Under the pieces are notes generated by a model. The model was not told where the DNA came from, made no database searches, and worked only from the letters and a program-made list of their open reading frames with translations. The position numbers were made by a program, and so were the translations under genes. A DNA stretch of 55,477 nucleotides from Trichoplax sp. H2 (taxonomy: Eukaryota): positions 1 through 55,477 of the forward strand of contig NOWV01000306.1 in assembly GCA_003344405.1 (NCBI GenBank), given 5' to 3'. Of the stretch, positions 26,271 to 40,460 are shown in pieces. Position 1 is the first letter of the stretch; each line of letters opens with the position of its first letter.

Positions 26271-29200
26271 AGTTAGTTTATTGTTCATATTTACAGGGAT
26301 AATATTGTGCAGCATTTAAATTTGATATAAATGCAACACATAATGAGTTATAAATGTTGATAAATCGTGTATTGAAGTCAATTAACCTCAACTGCCATTT
26401 TGACCGGAGTACAAGGGGTTATTATAAAAATGATTACATTGACCTTGTAAAATATATCGCACTTAATTCGGTAAAATTTTTTATAATCATTTGTAGAATC
26501 CAACGAGTCAACATCGAACCCACCTCTCTAAACTGCTAGCTACATTCATATAAATACCTACATAATCCGAAATAAGAGTATATGTAGTTTAATTTTTGAA
26601 CAAGGATTAGTTTAGTAAACGCAATTTTATTCAGTGTATCAACAGCTAGTTATAGGCTATATTCCTAAACATTAAATATTTTATTGTACGATATAAGCAA
26701 AGGTTAAGTTTCAATTTTCTCTCGGGAAAGAGATTATTTAATCAGTTTACCAGTAATCCGTTGTAATTTTGAACAACAAATACTGCAATATATCGGAACC
26801 CATATAAGGCTGGAAATAAATTCTCTACAGTAAAAAGAAGATTATTTAATTCATTTATCCATAATTGATGGTAATAGTAAATTATGTTTTCTAGCAAAGC
26901 CATCAATTAATTAATTGCTCTTATAAATCTTTGTGCTGCTTTATTTAAGTACACTTCATATTACCAATAAAGACTTATAAATCAATTAATTATCACTTTG
27001 TAAATAGTTGGTGTTAATCAATCTCATAAAGATGAATGATAAATAAAAGAACTACTCATAAAATAAATTTGACCCATCCTAGGAAGGCAAATGGAGTAAT
27101 TTATATATCGATTAATGATCATTCTTTACCAGCACGAAGGCTTATTGTTCTTACAAGGGTGTAGTGAATCATTCTTAAGGGTCCTCAATAAATCAGACTA
27201 TCTGAATTTAAAACCCGAATTAAGCTTTATTACAATAAAACCAACCGCAACTGTATTTATAACAAACTATATAAGTACGGGTATTGAATTACCATATTCT
27301 GCCGGGGCACGAGCAACTAATCGCATTGAACTACGCAAGTATTATAGCCTACGGTATTTCATATTAGTAATTCCATACGTAATTAAGAATTTAACTCAAG
27401 TAATAAACTCACAGCGCTACAAAGGGTTTATACAAATGATAGGTAGGGGCTATTTGCCAGCATCGATTTTATGTAAAAGCCTGTGTTTAGAAAGCACTGC
27501 TGAAACAAATTCTAAGCAGAATACTTTATGCCAATGTATCCATCTATGTTGACAATTAATTTCCATCCCTGACAATACTCATTAATGAAGTCATGAATCA
27601 ATTTCAAAACTTCAGAGAATTTTGACTATATGCTACAATGATTCATGAAGAGAATACAGAACGCATGCAGAAAATTTACAATGGAGATACTTAATAATCA
27701 AAAATCTGGTTAAATTCATTTTATTTTTTGGAGGGGCATTTTAAGAAATGAAAGGGATATAAAGAACTTACGGTAAATATAATTCCATGAATGTACGATA
27801 GAATCGTATTCAGCTTTGTTTATTATTTTTTAGAAGGCGCTCCTGTCAGTAAATCGAAAAGATATATGGTAAACTCAATTTAAATACCATAGTATTCATT
27901 TTATTTGTTATTTTTTAAGAAATGTTATTTTTGGAAAAAAGTGAAACAAAAAGCTTTTAGAAAAATCAAATAAAGATAGCTTCATTAAAACGTTCAATGA
28001 TGTACTTTATAAGATGTTCTAGTTAGGAAAAATGGAAAAAGTATCTGGAAAACCTATTGTAGATAGTTTCAGTAAAATGTTCGATGATGTATTTTATATG
28101 TTGCTTTTATAAGATAAGATTGCTAGAAAAACGAATAAAATCGTTGTGAAGAAAATTATCCATTTAATTTTTTAATATCATGTTACTAGACAATATTTTG
28201 GTGCATCTTTACGTATTCATCGCATTGTTCCTTTTTTATTCTTATAAAACGTATCTTGTAGCCAACATTATGTTCAAAGTATTTTATTGCCTCATTTATA
28301 TATCATTACATAAAGGCCGTAATTTGTTGAAACTAAAATTAAAGCATTTAATGCAATTAAATTAACGTTTATATCAACATAAAGTATTGCCTCGATCTTG
28401 CTTATGATATGATTATAGAAAGCGTTATAAATTTGGAGGAAATGGAAATTTTACTGAAAAAAAGCATACTTTCATTAACGTGATTATTATTCTAATTTTA
28501 GTTCTAATTTTAGTTCTTCAGCTTGAAATTTATTTGATCATTTGCTAGCATCTATGTGAATAAATTATAGATTTAGACAGCATCAATGCAATTCTATTCA
28601 TTTTAGTATTAATGAACTCAATAAAACAACAACCATTCTAGAAGCTGCCATAATGTCACGTACTATGTTCTAGTTCTAATTAACTATATGTGCGCCACCT
28701 TTGATACATGAATAATACTCAATACTAGAGCGCTTATTAGAAGTAAATCTCTACAGCTTCTAAGAAAAGTTTTATAGACAATTTATGTGGCGAAAGGGAT
28801 CATAATGGATCATGCCCTAACGATATACGGGCTCGATTATTTTCTGCTAATACTGTGCTCAAGTTGATTTCTAAACATCATCACTCGAGCCAACAAGATA
28901 CTATACTAATCCAGGGACAATATCGGTCTGATAATATCACCTTTATATTGAATAAAATAGCCTTAATGTAGCAATTATAATAGAGTTTTATGATTGATCC
29001 CAGTGAATAGATCATTTGCTGCGGATAATCCTATTTGAGATAATTTAAATTTTGAAAGTAATATTCAATTACACAAATCTTATATTTCTAAGGTAGCTTG
29101 GTATCCCTGGATGTGCAATGGCATGGACACTCTTATAATGATTTTACGGCCGTTAGTATCAACAAATAATACGCTCATATACAGTAATTGATAACGCTTT

Positions 29201-31739
29201 CTGCTCGAAAACGCTCAAGAAATATGATCAGAGCCCTTATGAAGAGTATTCCTGTCGTTGCATTTTATTTCCACCATCGTTTAAATTTTTCCGTCATTTT
29301 TATTAATGCGCAATCACAAAATCAAAATTTGTGTAATAAGTCTAAAAATTTAGCATCGATCGAAGACAGTCACTTTCGAGAATTAAAATCATTTCCTCCT
29401 TGTTTTAATAGTAGCATTGGATAAAGGTAGTAATGAAATTAATTTCTTTTCGGCCGGGCAATCTTTACTAATCTATTAACGCTAATAGCACGAAGTAGAA
29501 AATAGTTTTATTAAGCTTAACAAGAATGGAAGTTTAATGGCCAAAGAATACCGTCACTATAACAATCATACTTTAACTAGAAGCCCGCCTAGCTTGGTTT
29601 AATCATAAATATGCATCGTCTCAGCTACAAGTTAGTAGAAGTTAAATAAATTATTAATATATATACAGTATCGTCTTTACTGCTAAATTACGTTCGTACA
29701 CGTTCATAAGGTAGAAGTAAAACAATATGAGAAATTCGACTAAATTTAATCCTTTTTGTAATAGATACACCATTTATGTACTGTTCGATTGTATCCACAT
29801 GAAATATAACTCAATAAAACATATACATTATCATTTTTGCTGTTAAAGTAGACTCGTATAAAATGTAAGTAAATCATTAGTAATTCATTAACATTGGTAG
29901 GGAGTTGATTACAGGGCTAAAAAATAAATCCATTCAATCAGTGTATCGTTCCATTTTTGATGCTTGAAAGGCAAAACAAGTAATTAGTCATAGTTTTATG
30001 ATCGCACAAATAAAATCACACAGTTTATAGGCACTATTATTTTCGAACTGTCTTTCTATTTTTATATCACAAGATATGAAATGAGTTATTAATTTTTATA
30101 ATAACTTGTTTATTGAACTACAATTTCAGCTGGTAGCGCAAGATATTTTCTCTATGATTGATCTGCTTAGATACATTCCTACATTCCTATTTTATGAATA
30201 TTATTGCTAGTTTTGGTATCTCTTAACTTCAAGATCCATTATACATGTATAATTTCGTGACAGAACGCAGCAAACTATTTTATTTGCTTAATAATGTAGT
30301 AATTAACTTTCCTATACAGCTTACAGAAAAGTGCAAAGTAAATTGTATTAAAAAATTATTTACTAATATTAAAATTTTACATCGTCTTATTATTTAGCTA
30401 TAATAACGAGAAAATATCTTATAATAGTTATAAAGCTTATTATTTTTTAATTAAATCTAAAAGAAGGATCCTATTGTTTTAAGCCATGTATTTCCTATTG
30501 TACTGTATATAGAAATTGATATTTATTATTATAGTAACAAAATAGAGAGAGACTTTTAAATTTACATTTTGCATAAGATGACATAATACTATTCTTAAAT
30601 CCGTTTTATGGTTATTCGGTAGGGAAAAAACTTAAATACAATAAAATTAACGTTTTATATACAGCGCTTTCAAGTTTTAAACACATTTATGCTACTTATT
30701 ATTTTAGAGTTGGCTACATTATACGCAGACTGTTCGAACATAAAATTCTTGTTCTGGCACCCTTTGAGATCTACTGTGTTTTACTTCCCCTCAACCCATC
30801 AGATAACATCGAAATAGAATGACCTTCATTCGCAATTACTAGAGAATTTCATCTAAAATTATTCTACCTTATTACATCATTTACGGGTAATACTGTAAAG
30901 CTACATAGATCAATCATTCAATCATAAATCTTGCATAAAAGCTTTATAGATAATTCTAAATTATCCCTATGGTAAGCTTGTTTTCGAAATAACTGTTTGC
31001 AGTATCAGCTCAGTCCAGGGTAATATTTACTACGTAGCAAGTGCAAGACCATTTCTTATAATTTATTTGGATGAAACTTTTAAATGCATTTGAGTTTATA
31101 GATTTAATATTTGCTTTGCCACCCTTTAGTTCTTCTATATATTTTTTTTGTGCAAAAGATCGATAGTCTATTCTAGTCTTCTCTACAGCATCCAAAGTGA
31201 TGCAATTCTCTAATAATAGTAAAAACTGGAAATATGATGGAGATGAAAGTCCTTCACTACGCGGACAAATAATAAGAGCAATTTTTCCATTTCTATTAAC
31301 AGCCCGATGAAATACTATTACACCCAGCGTGGTAAATTTGCTATGCAAATGAATGATAACCGCAATCACTTCATATAATAATATTCGGATGAAATTTTAT
31401 TGCATCTAACCTGGTATGCTTTTCAAGAATTGTTTAAAAGTAGATTTGTATGACAGATTAGAAAGGGTAGTTAGCTTAATCGAATGGAATGTACTCATGA
31501 ATTCGATAATACTGTTTTCTTTCATTGCTCAATTAAATCTAAGCATCTCAATTAAATCTTATTCTATTTAAATCATGAATCATAGGATTACTCGTATTTT
31601 TAGCAAAGTCCTATCAAATCGTCAGCTAGATGATCTAATAGAAAATCTTCTTTTTTCATGAGTAATTTTCTATTGATGACGTCAACAACATTCAATTTAT
31701 TTATCTTGATGTTATCCTATCAACGTGGCGACGCGGATG

Positions 31740-31975
31740 ATTGCAGTCCTGTAGCTTAAAACGCCTGGTTTAATAGTTTTAATTATATTAAGAATATATC
31801 AAAATACCAAATTGATCTCCAGTATAGATAATAAGGCAGATATTAGTAATTCTACTGCTTAAAATGCCTAAATTCTACTGATATTTTAAGATAACATCAG
31901 TACCTTCTTCTGATCTCCTATGAAGATGGCGAGGACGACAACAGTAATCCTGCTGTTTGAAAATGCGTGGCTAAA
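31740..31975. repeat. Degenerate ~100 bp tandem, ~3 copies
   Basis: tcctgtagcttaaaacgcctgg, ttctactgcttaaaatgcctaa and tcctgctgtttgaaaatgcgtgg. Confidence 0.5.
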
Positions 31976-32165
31976 TATTAAATGCTATTTTAAGAAATTA
32001 GTACAGTATAAAAATATACTAGCAAAAATATTATAAAAGAGTCAACAAATTTCTATCGAAGTACTTTTCATCCTAGACGTGACCCTGGAGCCATCTTATA
32101 AGCGCTGAGATTGACAATATCGAAGTCAAAAACATATACTTTAAATTTACTGGAACGTATAGGCT

Positions 32166-35100
32166 ATGTATTTCCATAATATTGCCCTATTTTTGGTAAG
32201 AAAGATAGTTTAATTCTGATATTAAAAAATTCTAAAAGTAACCGATAATTTATAAATTCAAGAATAGACTTTAGAATTAAAGTTGCCATTCTACGCTTGT
32301 GATAATCTTATCCGTTATTTTATAATTTACTTTAGTAACCTATTTTGTAATTAGTGATTTGTACTACCTATCTTTTGAATCTAATTAGCTTCAGCACTAG
32401 CATAGAAGTATTACTGCTTGATCTTAATTAATTGATAGCTGGCAATCACCTTTTTTATTGTAGAAGCTTATAAATTAACCAAAGTGATCATTACCCATAA
32501 AATATTCTTATCCCATCCTTTTTCAGTTTCTAAGGTAGTATTACGCTTTTACAGTTGACGTCAGTATCCTTTCCACCCTATTACAGCATCTAATCTAACC
32601 CAATGATAGCTTAAGATCATTCCTTTATGGATCATAATTAAGTATACAGTAGTAATAGATATTATTTCATATATAGAAATTGTTAAAATTTTTATAGCCA
32701 ATAACAGGTGGTTAATAACTAGTCAATACCCATTTTTGTAGCTTCTATCTTTTGATATAGTTATCTACTAATTTAGAAGTATCTCTCTAATCTCTACTAA
32801 CTAGCTAATGGAAAATGTTATCATCATTTCTCATCTTTATAAAATAGGCAAAATAAGCTATTAACTAATTAACACTCTTTCCTTATTTTTCGCGTTTAAA
32901 TCGAACTATCAATTAGTTCTTTATTCTTTCTCCGACATCGAACAAACAACTGTAGTTGTTAATCATACAATATTACAGAAATTTTTTATATCTTTCAATT
33001 GGTATTGTAGGCCGCTATTAACTCTAAAAATCATTTTCGTAGATTTTATCACTGGTTCTAGTTATCTACTCTCTTAAATAGCTAGTACGATATTTGTTTA
33101 TCGATAGATTACTAAGTAGCTAGTGATCATTTATGACATAATAATATGAAGAAAATTTCCATCTTTAGGATCATTAGAATAGACTATCATTGATTTGCAA
33201 CAGTAATTTAATTCTCTTAATAATTATAATCATTCATGATCTTAAATAATCACGAAAGCTACGATAGTGATCACAGCGTAATTTCTGGCATCTTTCAGCC
33301 AATATCACATGTTATCGACCTGGAAATGTTATTTTAATAAGTTCCATCTTGATCCATCGCCTTTAATTACGAATGATAAATAACTAGGGATTATATTTAG
33401 CCTATCAGTTCTACGGTAGGTTATTATCGGCTGGGAAAATCATTTCACGAAATCCTGTCTATATCTTCGCCATCTACTTTGCTAACTGTAATTGTTTATA
33501 TCTATTTAGTTGTATATGATAAATAGCTAAAGATTGTATTTAGTCTTTCTACTTGACATAGCAGAAGATTGTTGACTTGGGAATATTATTTCAATGAGTT
33601 TCACCTTAATTTCTGCCATCTACTATCTTAAAAATAGTTATTTGTATCATTTATGCAGTCGTGATAAATAGCTAATATCAAAGGCAGAATACTAAGTTAG
33701 TGACTTGATTTAATCTTCTACTTAACATCGCAAGTTATTATCAACTTGGAAAATCCCTTTCGATAAGTTTTAGATTTCCACCATCTACTACTTTATCAGC
33801 ATTTACTTATATCTTTAGTTAAATATAATAAAATAGTTAGGGATTATATCTAGTCTTTCAGTTAAGACAGCAGTCGTTACTGTCCTGAAAATGTCATTAC
33901 AATAAGTTTTGTCTTAATATCCGTCGTCGATTATCTTGAAATACTCATTTTATAGCTTTACCTACATAGTTTATAAATAGCCAGGGACTATTTTTAGCCT
34001 TTTAGCTAATACGTCAGGCTATCTTCAACTTGGAATAGCTATTTCCATAAATTCTATCTTGATTTCCGTCGTCTAATGTCTTAAAAATATTTATTTACAT
34101 CTTTATGGACATATAATAAATAACTAGCGATTACATTATCACAGCATGTAAAGAAGGGATATTTATCAATCATCGTAACAAATAATTATTAACTTGAAAC
34201 TGTAATCCAGTATCCAGATCAACTTGCATCAATTCTGAATAGTTTAATTATTATTTACCTATTTTAAAAATGAAGCAATTGTTCTTTCTAATTTTAGACA
34301 TTCCTGGCGATTTGCAATGGCCAATCTGGACAAGGTGAGTTTTTATCAGGGCTTATTATTTCTTTTCGTTTTGTTATTAATTATCATGGTTTATTGTAGA
34401 TGATAAATTGTCGTTTTTTCTTCATCTAAATTACTTAAAATCATGCGATCTGATCGTGATTTTGGATATTTGATATCAACACTATGTTATTATATAGATC
34501 CATGTGTTGGCTATAAGGAACTTCGCGAAACCGATCGATCGGCTACTGTTAAAAGTTCATTTCCAATAAAATGCGATACGAATGTCAATCCGGAATTGTG
34601 GTATCGATTTAATGGAGGCCGTAATAGCCAAATGATGTTAACTAAATGTGTTGAACGCTATATGGTATGCGGTGCTTTTTCAGTTGGATGGATGAAAGGA
34701 AACCATCCTAGCGGTAAGATAGGCAACAAAAAAATAAATTAAAATTACACCATCTATAAATTCGTTAGTATACCATAACTTTTATTGACTAAACTTGGAG
34801 AATATTAATTTTTACTTAATACTGGTAGATCAATGATTGTCAAGATAGACAAATCCATAATTTATAGATAGTGAATTATCAATAGACGTGCTAACTAGAA
34901 ATGCATCCATTCATTATTAATTATATATTTCTCGTTAATCCATTAGTCTTATTGCATATTTATGGAAAGACATGATAGTGAAATGGAGCTAATATCAGCT
35001 TTAGTCATTGACTGTCATTTATTATGAAATTAATTACTGTAATACAACGGTGGGAAAAATTTTCTTCTTACTACTTCGATTATAGCTATTTACATTTATA

Positions 35101-36482
35101 CTGGTGTTATCCTGTCTAGATATAATGTTTGCCAAAATTATATTCACCAAGATAGCAACCACAGTCATAGTTTTAGTATTCAATCTTGAGGAGCGTAGTA
35201 TAAGTAAAATAATCTATAGAACTACTACGGTTCTTTTCGCATTCTTTGGATATGATCCTTTTCCTTCTAAAACTTTAGAGCAACAAATATAGGAATACAC
35301 TATATATTCTACTGGGGAAACCGTTGTTACTATCACTTTCTCCTCATAAAGCATTTATCGACTAACTAGAATCGAATTAGCTCTCTTTGATCTAATCCTA
35401 GTTTTATTTCCATATATTACTAGTTGAAGAAGGCATCGTCAACAGAACTGCTTGCTTTTATTTTGGTCGTAATTGCTGCCAATCGTCAAAGCGAATCCAA
35501 GTTCGCAATTGCGGCCGATTTTTCGTGTACAAGTTAAAACCATTTTCGGCCTGTAATAAAAGATACTGCGGTGCCAAGAGAAGTATGTAGGAGAATTTAA
35601 TTGATTGATATTGATTGTTGCATTATTAGATTGAGTATGTACTAAATCTAGGATACTAAGTCATTACATAAATTTAAAATAGCATGTTAGAATACCTATA
35701 CAGGCGGTCATATTTTTATGGTAATTCGCTCATTTTTACCCTCATACTTTAATGATAGATTTTTGCGATCCCGATCTTTGTCAGCACGGAAAATGTCTAG
35801 GGCATAATTCCGGCTACCAATGTAAATGCGACCAGGGTTATTCAGGTAAAAATTGCCATCTCCGAGATTACTGTGCCTCTAATCCCTGCCAGAATGGCGT
35901 TTGTAAATTGTCAACCAATGGCTATCAATGCCTATGCAATAATGGCTACGCTGGTGAGCATTGCAATGTAGCAGGTAAACAATTTTTTTTGAATTAATGT
36001 AAGAAAAATGATCCATCCATCTGCTATTTTACGCCTACAAGTTATAGTTAAAAGTCTGATGTTACTCAACTATTTGAATGGTCTTTTGCAATCATTGATC
36101 ACTTTAAACATAATAAATTACTTGATGGCTTGACGGTCTAAGTTTATTCTTCATTTTCTTTGGATAAATAGTTTCACAAGGTTCACCAACTACTCACCTC
36201 GTATCCACAACAGCTCCATCAAAAGTTTCAAATTCTTATAACATAACCCAGCAGATGGAATCCATGGGCAAACAGCTGAACGATTTAACCAAATCTATTG
36301 CTTCTATAGCCAGGCAATCTAGTCAACTTTTCAGTGAATATCAACTATTAAAAAAGAACCTTGATACGTTAAAATTGTTGCAAAATCATCCATCTGAGGA
36401 TATTATCGAGAAAGTTTGTACTGAATATCAGCGGCAAGCTAATATTGCTGACGCAAAGTATAATGAATCACTAAAAGTATAA
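32166..36482 (+). CDS. Secreted uromodulin/GP2/OIT3-like D8C (Cys8) + 2 EGF + C-terminal coiled-coil protein, 6 exons (approx. 32166-32195, 34298-34334, 34498-34713, 35423-35582, 35759-35973, 36172-36482)
   Basis: Spliced signal peptide MYFHNIALFL|TFLAICNG-QSG; DPC...CD...WYRF.G...C...CGAFSVGWMKGNHP; VNRTACF...CC...IQVRNCG.FFVYKL...YCG; two EGF repeats (CQHGKC...CKCDQGYSGKNC, CQNGVC...CLCNNGYAGEHC); heptad-like tail. Junction phases agree; the first exon is inferred. Confidence 0.85.
33270..34135. repeat. Intronic tandem array D, ~144 bp unit, ~6 copies
   Basis: Anchor aaata(a/g)ctagggattatatttagcct variants at ~33378, 33521, 33666, 33831, 33975 and 34118; shared acttggaaaat...aagtt...ccatctact. 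Confidence 0.85.
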
Positions 36483-37940
36483 CCTGACATACTAATTACA
36501 ATATTGGTCTATATAAAAAATTTGAACGAATTTATCCCCTTGCTTTTTGTCATCCTATGTACTCTTTTAGAAATTTCATTTGATTACAGCTTATTTTATA
36601 ACGATGAATAGCTATATTGGTACAAAATCATGCAAATTTCATAATTAAAATTTATTTTAAGAAAGCCATGATATGAAATGCTTATTAATATGAATTAAAT
36701 ATGTTATTCAACTTTTCAAAATTATGTGCACTGCACTTTGCAACGACTAGTATAAGCACGCAATAGAGAAATATTAAAACAGTTCATATTAAAGAGATTA
36801 TCCTTTTCCTTCCGACAACTTACCGTTAAATGTGAGTATCATAGCGTTTAATTCTTGTAACTACTGTATAGAAAGACTAAGGTACATGAAATAAATTTCT
36901 GGAAACGTAATATGAACAACTTGAAATATGCAAAATCATCTAGTTTATACTCTTGCATTATGCTACACTTGAGTGTAAAATGAATAATCAGATTTTTATC
37001 CATAATTATCTTATCACTGATGCAAACATTATATCCATGTGGAAGTAGTAGTTTGATAAACTTGTTAACTTCCTTGGACTAAGTATGGAAAGCTCATTGC
37101 CAGATTATAACACCTAAAACTGTGCCAGATATTAGCGGTAGATATGGATTGCAAAGTTGCTTTCGAGTTTATAATAGTTTTCATAGGTATCTTTTATTCA
37201 AGTTCGTTGGTGCAACAATCAATATTTAATGCAGACATGAACAAGTTGTCTAAAGTTATGATTTTCTTGTCACTAATGGAAAATTGTTAAGGATATGCTA
37301 ATGCTTTAATTGATATAGAATAGATTAAGCGATATTAGTACACATCGAAACGTAGGTTTGAAGAGTCTACTCTATTTACTACAGTTTATTTGGCTTTTGT
37401 CGTAGTGGGCTATAATTTAGGATTGAGATGTCATTTACTTAGCGATGATTACATTACTAGAATTTTTTTCCTCGCAAGTAGCATACAACGAGTACCAGTC
37501 AGCTACGACGTAGCTTCTATAAACACCTTCAGTTGATAAATGGCACATAAAATGAAAATATTTACATAGATTAACAAAATTTAAGCGCACTTTATATTCT
37601 ATCAATAACAATTTCATAAACCGAAATTTAGATCAGTACGATTTAAAAATGGCTATCATATCTATGCACACCTATACAACATGGAAAATACAGTAAGCCT
37701 AAAATGAACAAGTATCAATTTCATTCATATCGAATTACGCACTGTATATGATCATATTCTTTATTACAACATATTTGTATATAACACAGAGAGTGTCTTC
37801 GATACAAAGCTATTTACACAGTGAATTATTATAAGCACATCATTAAGAACATAATATACATTGCATACACTTTTTAAAAGTTAGCTAGGCGGTCTCTTTT
37901 ACCGCACATAAATCACGGAAAGAATGTTGAGTCTGTTTAG

Positions 37941-39590
37941 TCAGAGAATACTTTTCAAACCTGTTTTTTATCTAATAAGTCATTCTGAGAAAATTTAGGA
38001 GTCAATTGAACACGATCGTAGTCAAAACTTGTGTCTAATGAAAAAGGAATAACGTCATTGGTTCGAGTCTAGAGCAATAAAACAAAATTGGAAATATCTC
38101 ATCAATACACCGCGTACAATGGTTATGGATTTTAATCATTTGCCTATAATGATTTTGTATCCCATTTCCTAATTTGATAATCAATTACCGCAAAATTATC
38201 GATCGTACAAGAGTCCTATGACAAAATTTTTAGACACCAAATGCAAAAATACAGCTATGATCAACCTTTTCATTCTTTTTTTCCTCCATGGAAATTGTTA
38301 CGTCATCACCGGTGGATTCTAGAGAAATATTTTCATTTGTAGTTTGTAGCTTTAGATACGTAGTGGTTGAGTTTACTGCAAAATTCTCTAATAAAAGGTT
38401 GAAAAGTATATTTTTAAATAAGGTAGCAAATAGAATGCAAATGATATATTTATTTCGCCGGATTAAAAACATTTTAGATCTATTAAACCTTGATTATCGT
38501 TGCTAATTTCTCCTGGTAACGGAGATTGCTGGCTTGGATACTTTATAGCTAAAAGTTAGTATTTTAACGAATTAGAAAACTATTTTAAATCGCAAGTTTT
38601 GTTTTTAATATTCGTGTATTAAATTAGTACTCGCATAATAGCACAAGTACGAACGTACGATTATCCAATTCTGATTCAATTGTTGACTTTTCGTCTTCTC
38701 GAAAGTCATCGTTTTGCTCATCAGCCATCAATTTTGTTATTGTCTTAGTAGTTTTGCATATTGTAGTTTTATCTTCATTATCCAGGTCTTCAATACCTAA
38801 GTCGTCCTCTAATGGCACTAAGTTATCAAACTGTGCGAGACATATTTTTCGTTGTTACAATTGATTGAATTTTTATTCGTAGATTTAATAGTAAAGCACC
38901 TACTCCCATAAAATTGCATGCCGAGTATCAATTCTAGAAGTGCATCAATACACTAATCAAATTTATCATAAGTATATCTTCAATACCTTAATTGCAGATG
39001 GTAAAGACTCTGAATCATTTCTCATTAAAAACTCTTGTCGTCGAAGACCAATCCCAATTTGCTATTATAGAATTTGTGAAGAAATACCGTTAATCAAAGC
39101 AAGTAAATTAGATATGTATCATTTTTACAGTAGCTAAGTTTTTTAGTTTTTGAGTCTATTTTAGATCTGCTCATACAGTAATTGAAGATTAGAAATGACT
39201 TACTTCCTCGGAAAGTTCAACTTCAGCGTTTACGGTCTTTGGTTGAGTATCCTGGCTTTCGTAGTTCTTGTTATAATTATTACTTGTACTCAATTTCGTC
39301 TGTTTCACATTGTCTATGAAATAAAGATATATAAAGATCCAACAGTAAGACATAAATTGCTACCTGGTTATAGACGAAATGGGAATGTAATGCCATAACG
39401 GTGTCTATCATTTAGCTTTGATGAAGCTTTAAATTGATAGGGAATAATTTGCTTCGTAAGCATCACCTTTTGTCAAATACATAAATTCAGACATGAAATC
39501 ATCATAGCTTTGCAACGGCATATCAAACACTTTGTCGATTAACTCTGATGGATTGGCGTCTGGTGTTTTTGGATCATTTTTTTCAGTCAT
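37941..39590 (-). CDS. IFTAP: Intraflagellar transport-associated protein-like (C11orf74/NWC), conserved core, 7 exons
   Basis: Spliced translation contains LIDKVFDMPLQSYDDFMSEFMYLTK, IKFDNLVPLEDD, PLPGEI and VIPFSLDTSFDYDRVQLTPKFS, matching the conserved blocks I recall for C11orf74 (YDEEFLNTFTHL, DNFLDLED, LPGE, PFSLDEEFDYDNVMLTSKF). Stop TGA at 37943-37941. Confidence 0.8.
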
Positions 39591-39954
39591 AGCTGATAGA
39601 AAATGATTAGCTTAAAGTAGATGTGTGATGCTATAGAGGGTAAAATGATATTAATCAGTTGTATTGGCAATAATATAAGCATATAGTGCGCTAATTCATA
39701 ACTGTACTGTCCCTTCGTTCTACGGTAAGCCAGAATGATGAATTAGTCAAGCATGTAATCCGTCAGGCGGTTAGAATACTTGCCTTGAATACGATAACTG
39801 AAATTCTTTATTAGGTATAATACCAGAAAGGTCCAATCTGTCGAATGATGATAATTGTAGATGCAATGATTACATAGAACCTTGTTATAGGCTTATACGA
39901 ATTTATTTATAATAAATTCAAAAAGGTAGGTACAGCATCTTCCAATGAAAGACT

Positions 39955-40460
39955 TACATGGCTATTGAAAGCCTATCTGGAAAGTCGTATCGTCTCTTTT
40001 CTTGAGTAGCTTATTCTGTTTTGCTGGCTTGTGTGATCTAGCTAAATAAGAGAGTATGAATTGATCTGTAAGCTGTTGAGGTATCGTAATCGATTCGATT
40101 TTGACATTATATTGGAAACTTACTTAGTTCAGTATTTAGGATTATTGAAAGCTCTTTAGGAGTAGTTTTTCCGTCTTTTTTCCAAGTAGTTTGTTCTATT
40201 TTAGCGGCTTGAGCAATCTAGTCAAATAAATAACGTTGAATTGATCCGTAAGCTGTTAAACTAATGTATTCATATAGTAAGCAGTTTGATTTTGACATTG
40301 CATTATAAAGTTGCAGTTCCAGGACGACAGTATTGAAAACTCTTTAGGAGTAGTTTTCCCGTTTTTTCCCCAAGTAGTTTACTCCATACTAGCGGTATAT
40401 GCGATCTTTAGTAAACCAAGGTGAATATTGAACTATAAACCGTTGAACTAATTGGTTTGA
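39955..40460 (-). repeat. Triplicated exon+intron unit (~185 bp); middle copy open, flanking copies look like pseudoexons
   Basis: Exon-like copies at 40405-~40310, 40217-40124 and 40037-39958, with similar flanking intron sequence. The outer two have TAA where the middle copy has CAA. Confidence 0.75.

Noticed and set aside
27115..27552. 145 aa ORF
   Set aside because: No recognisable motif, no linked exons and intergenic-like composition; cannot support as a gene.
31010..31369. 119 aa minus-strand ORF
   Set aside because: Non-ATG start and no recognisable homology.
19800..32100. Transposable element in the gene-poor region
   Set aside because: No transposase or RT ORF, terminal inverted repeats or LTRs visible; only local tandem duplications.
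36800..37620. Possible small gene between the D8C gene and IFTAP
   Set aside because: Splice-like motifs are present but all frames tried close quickly.
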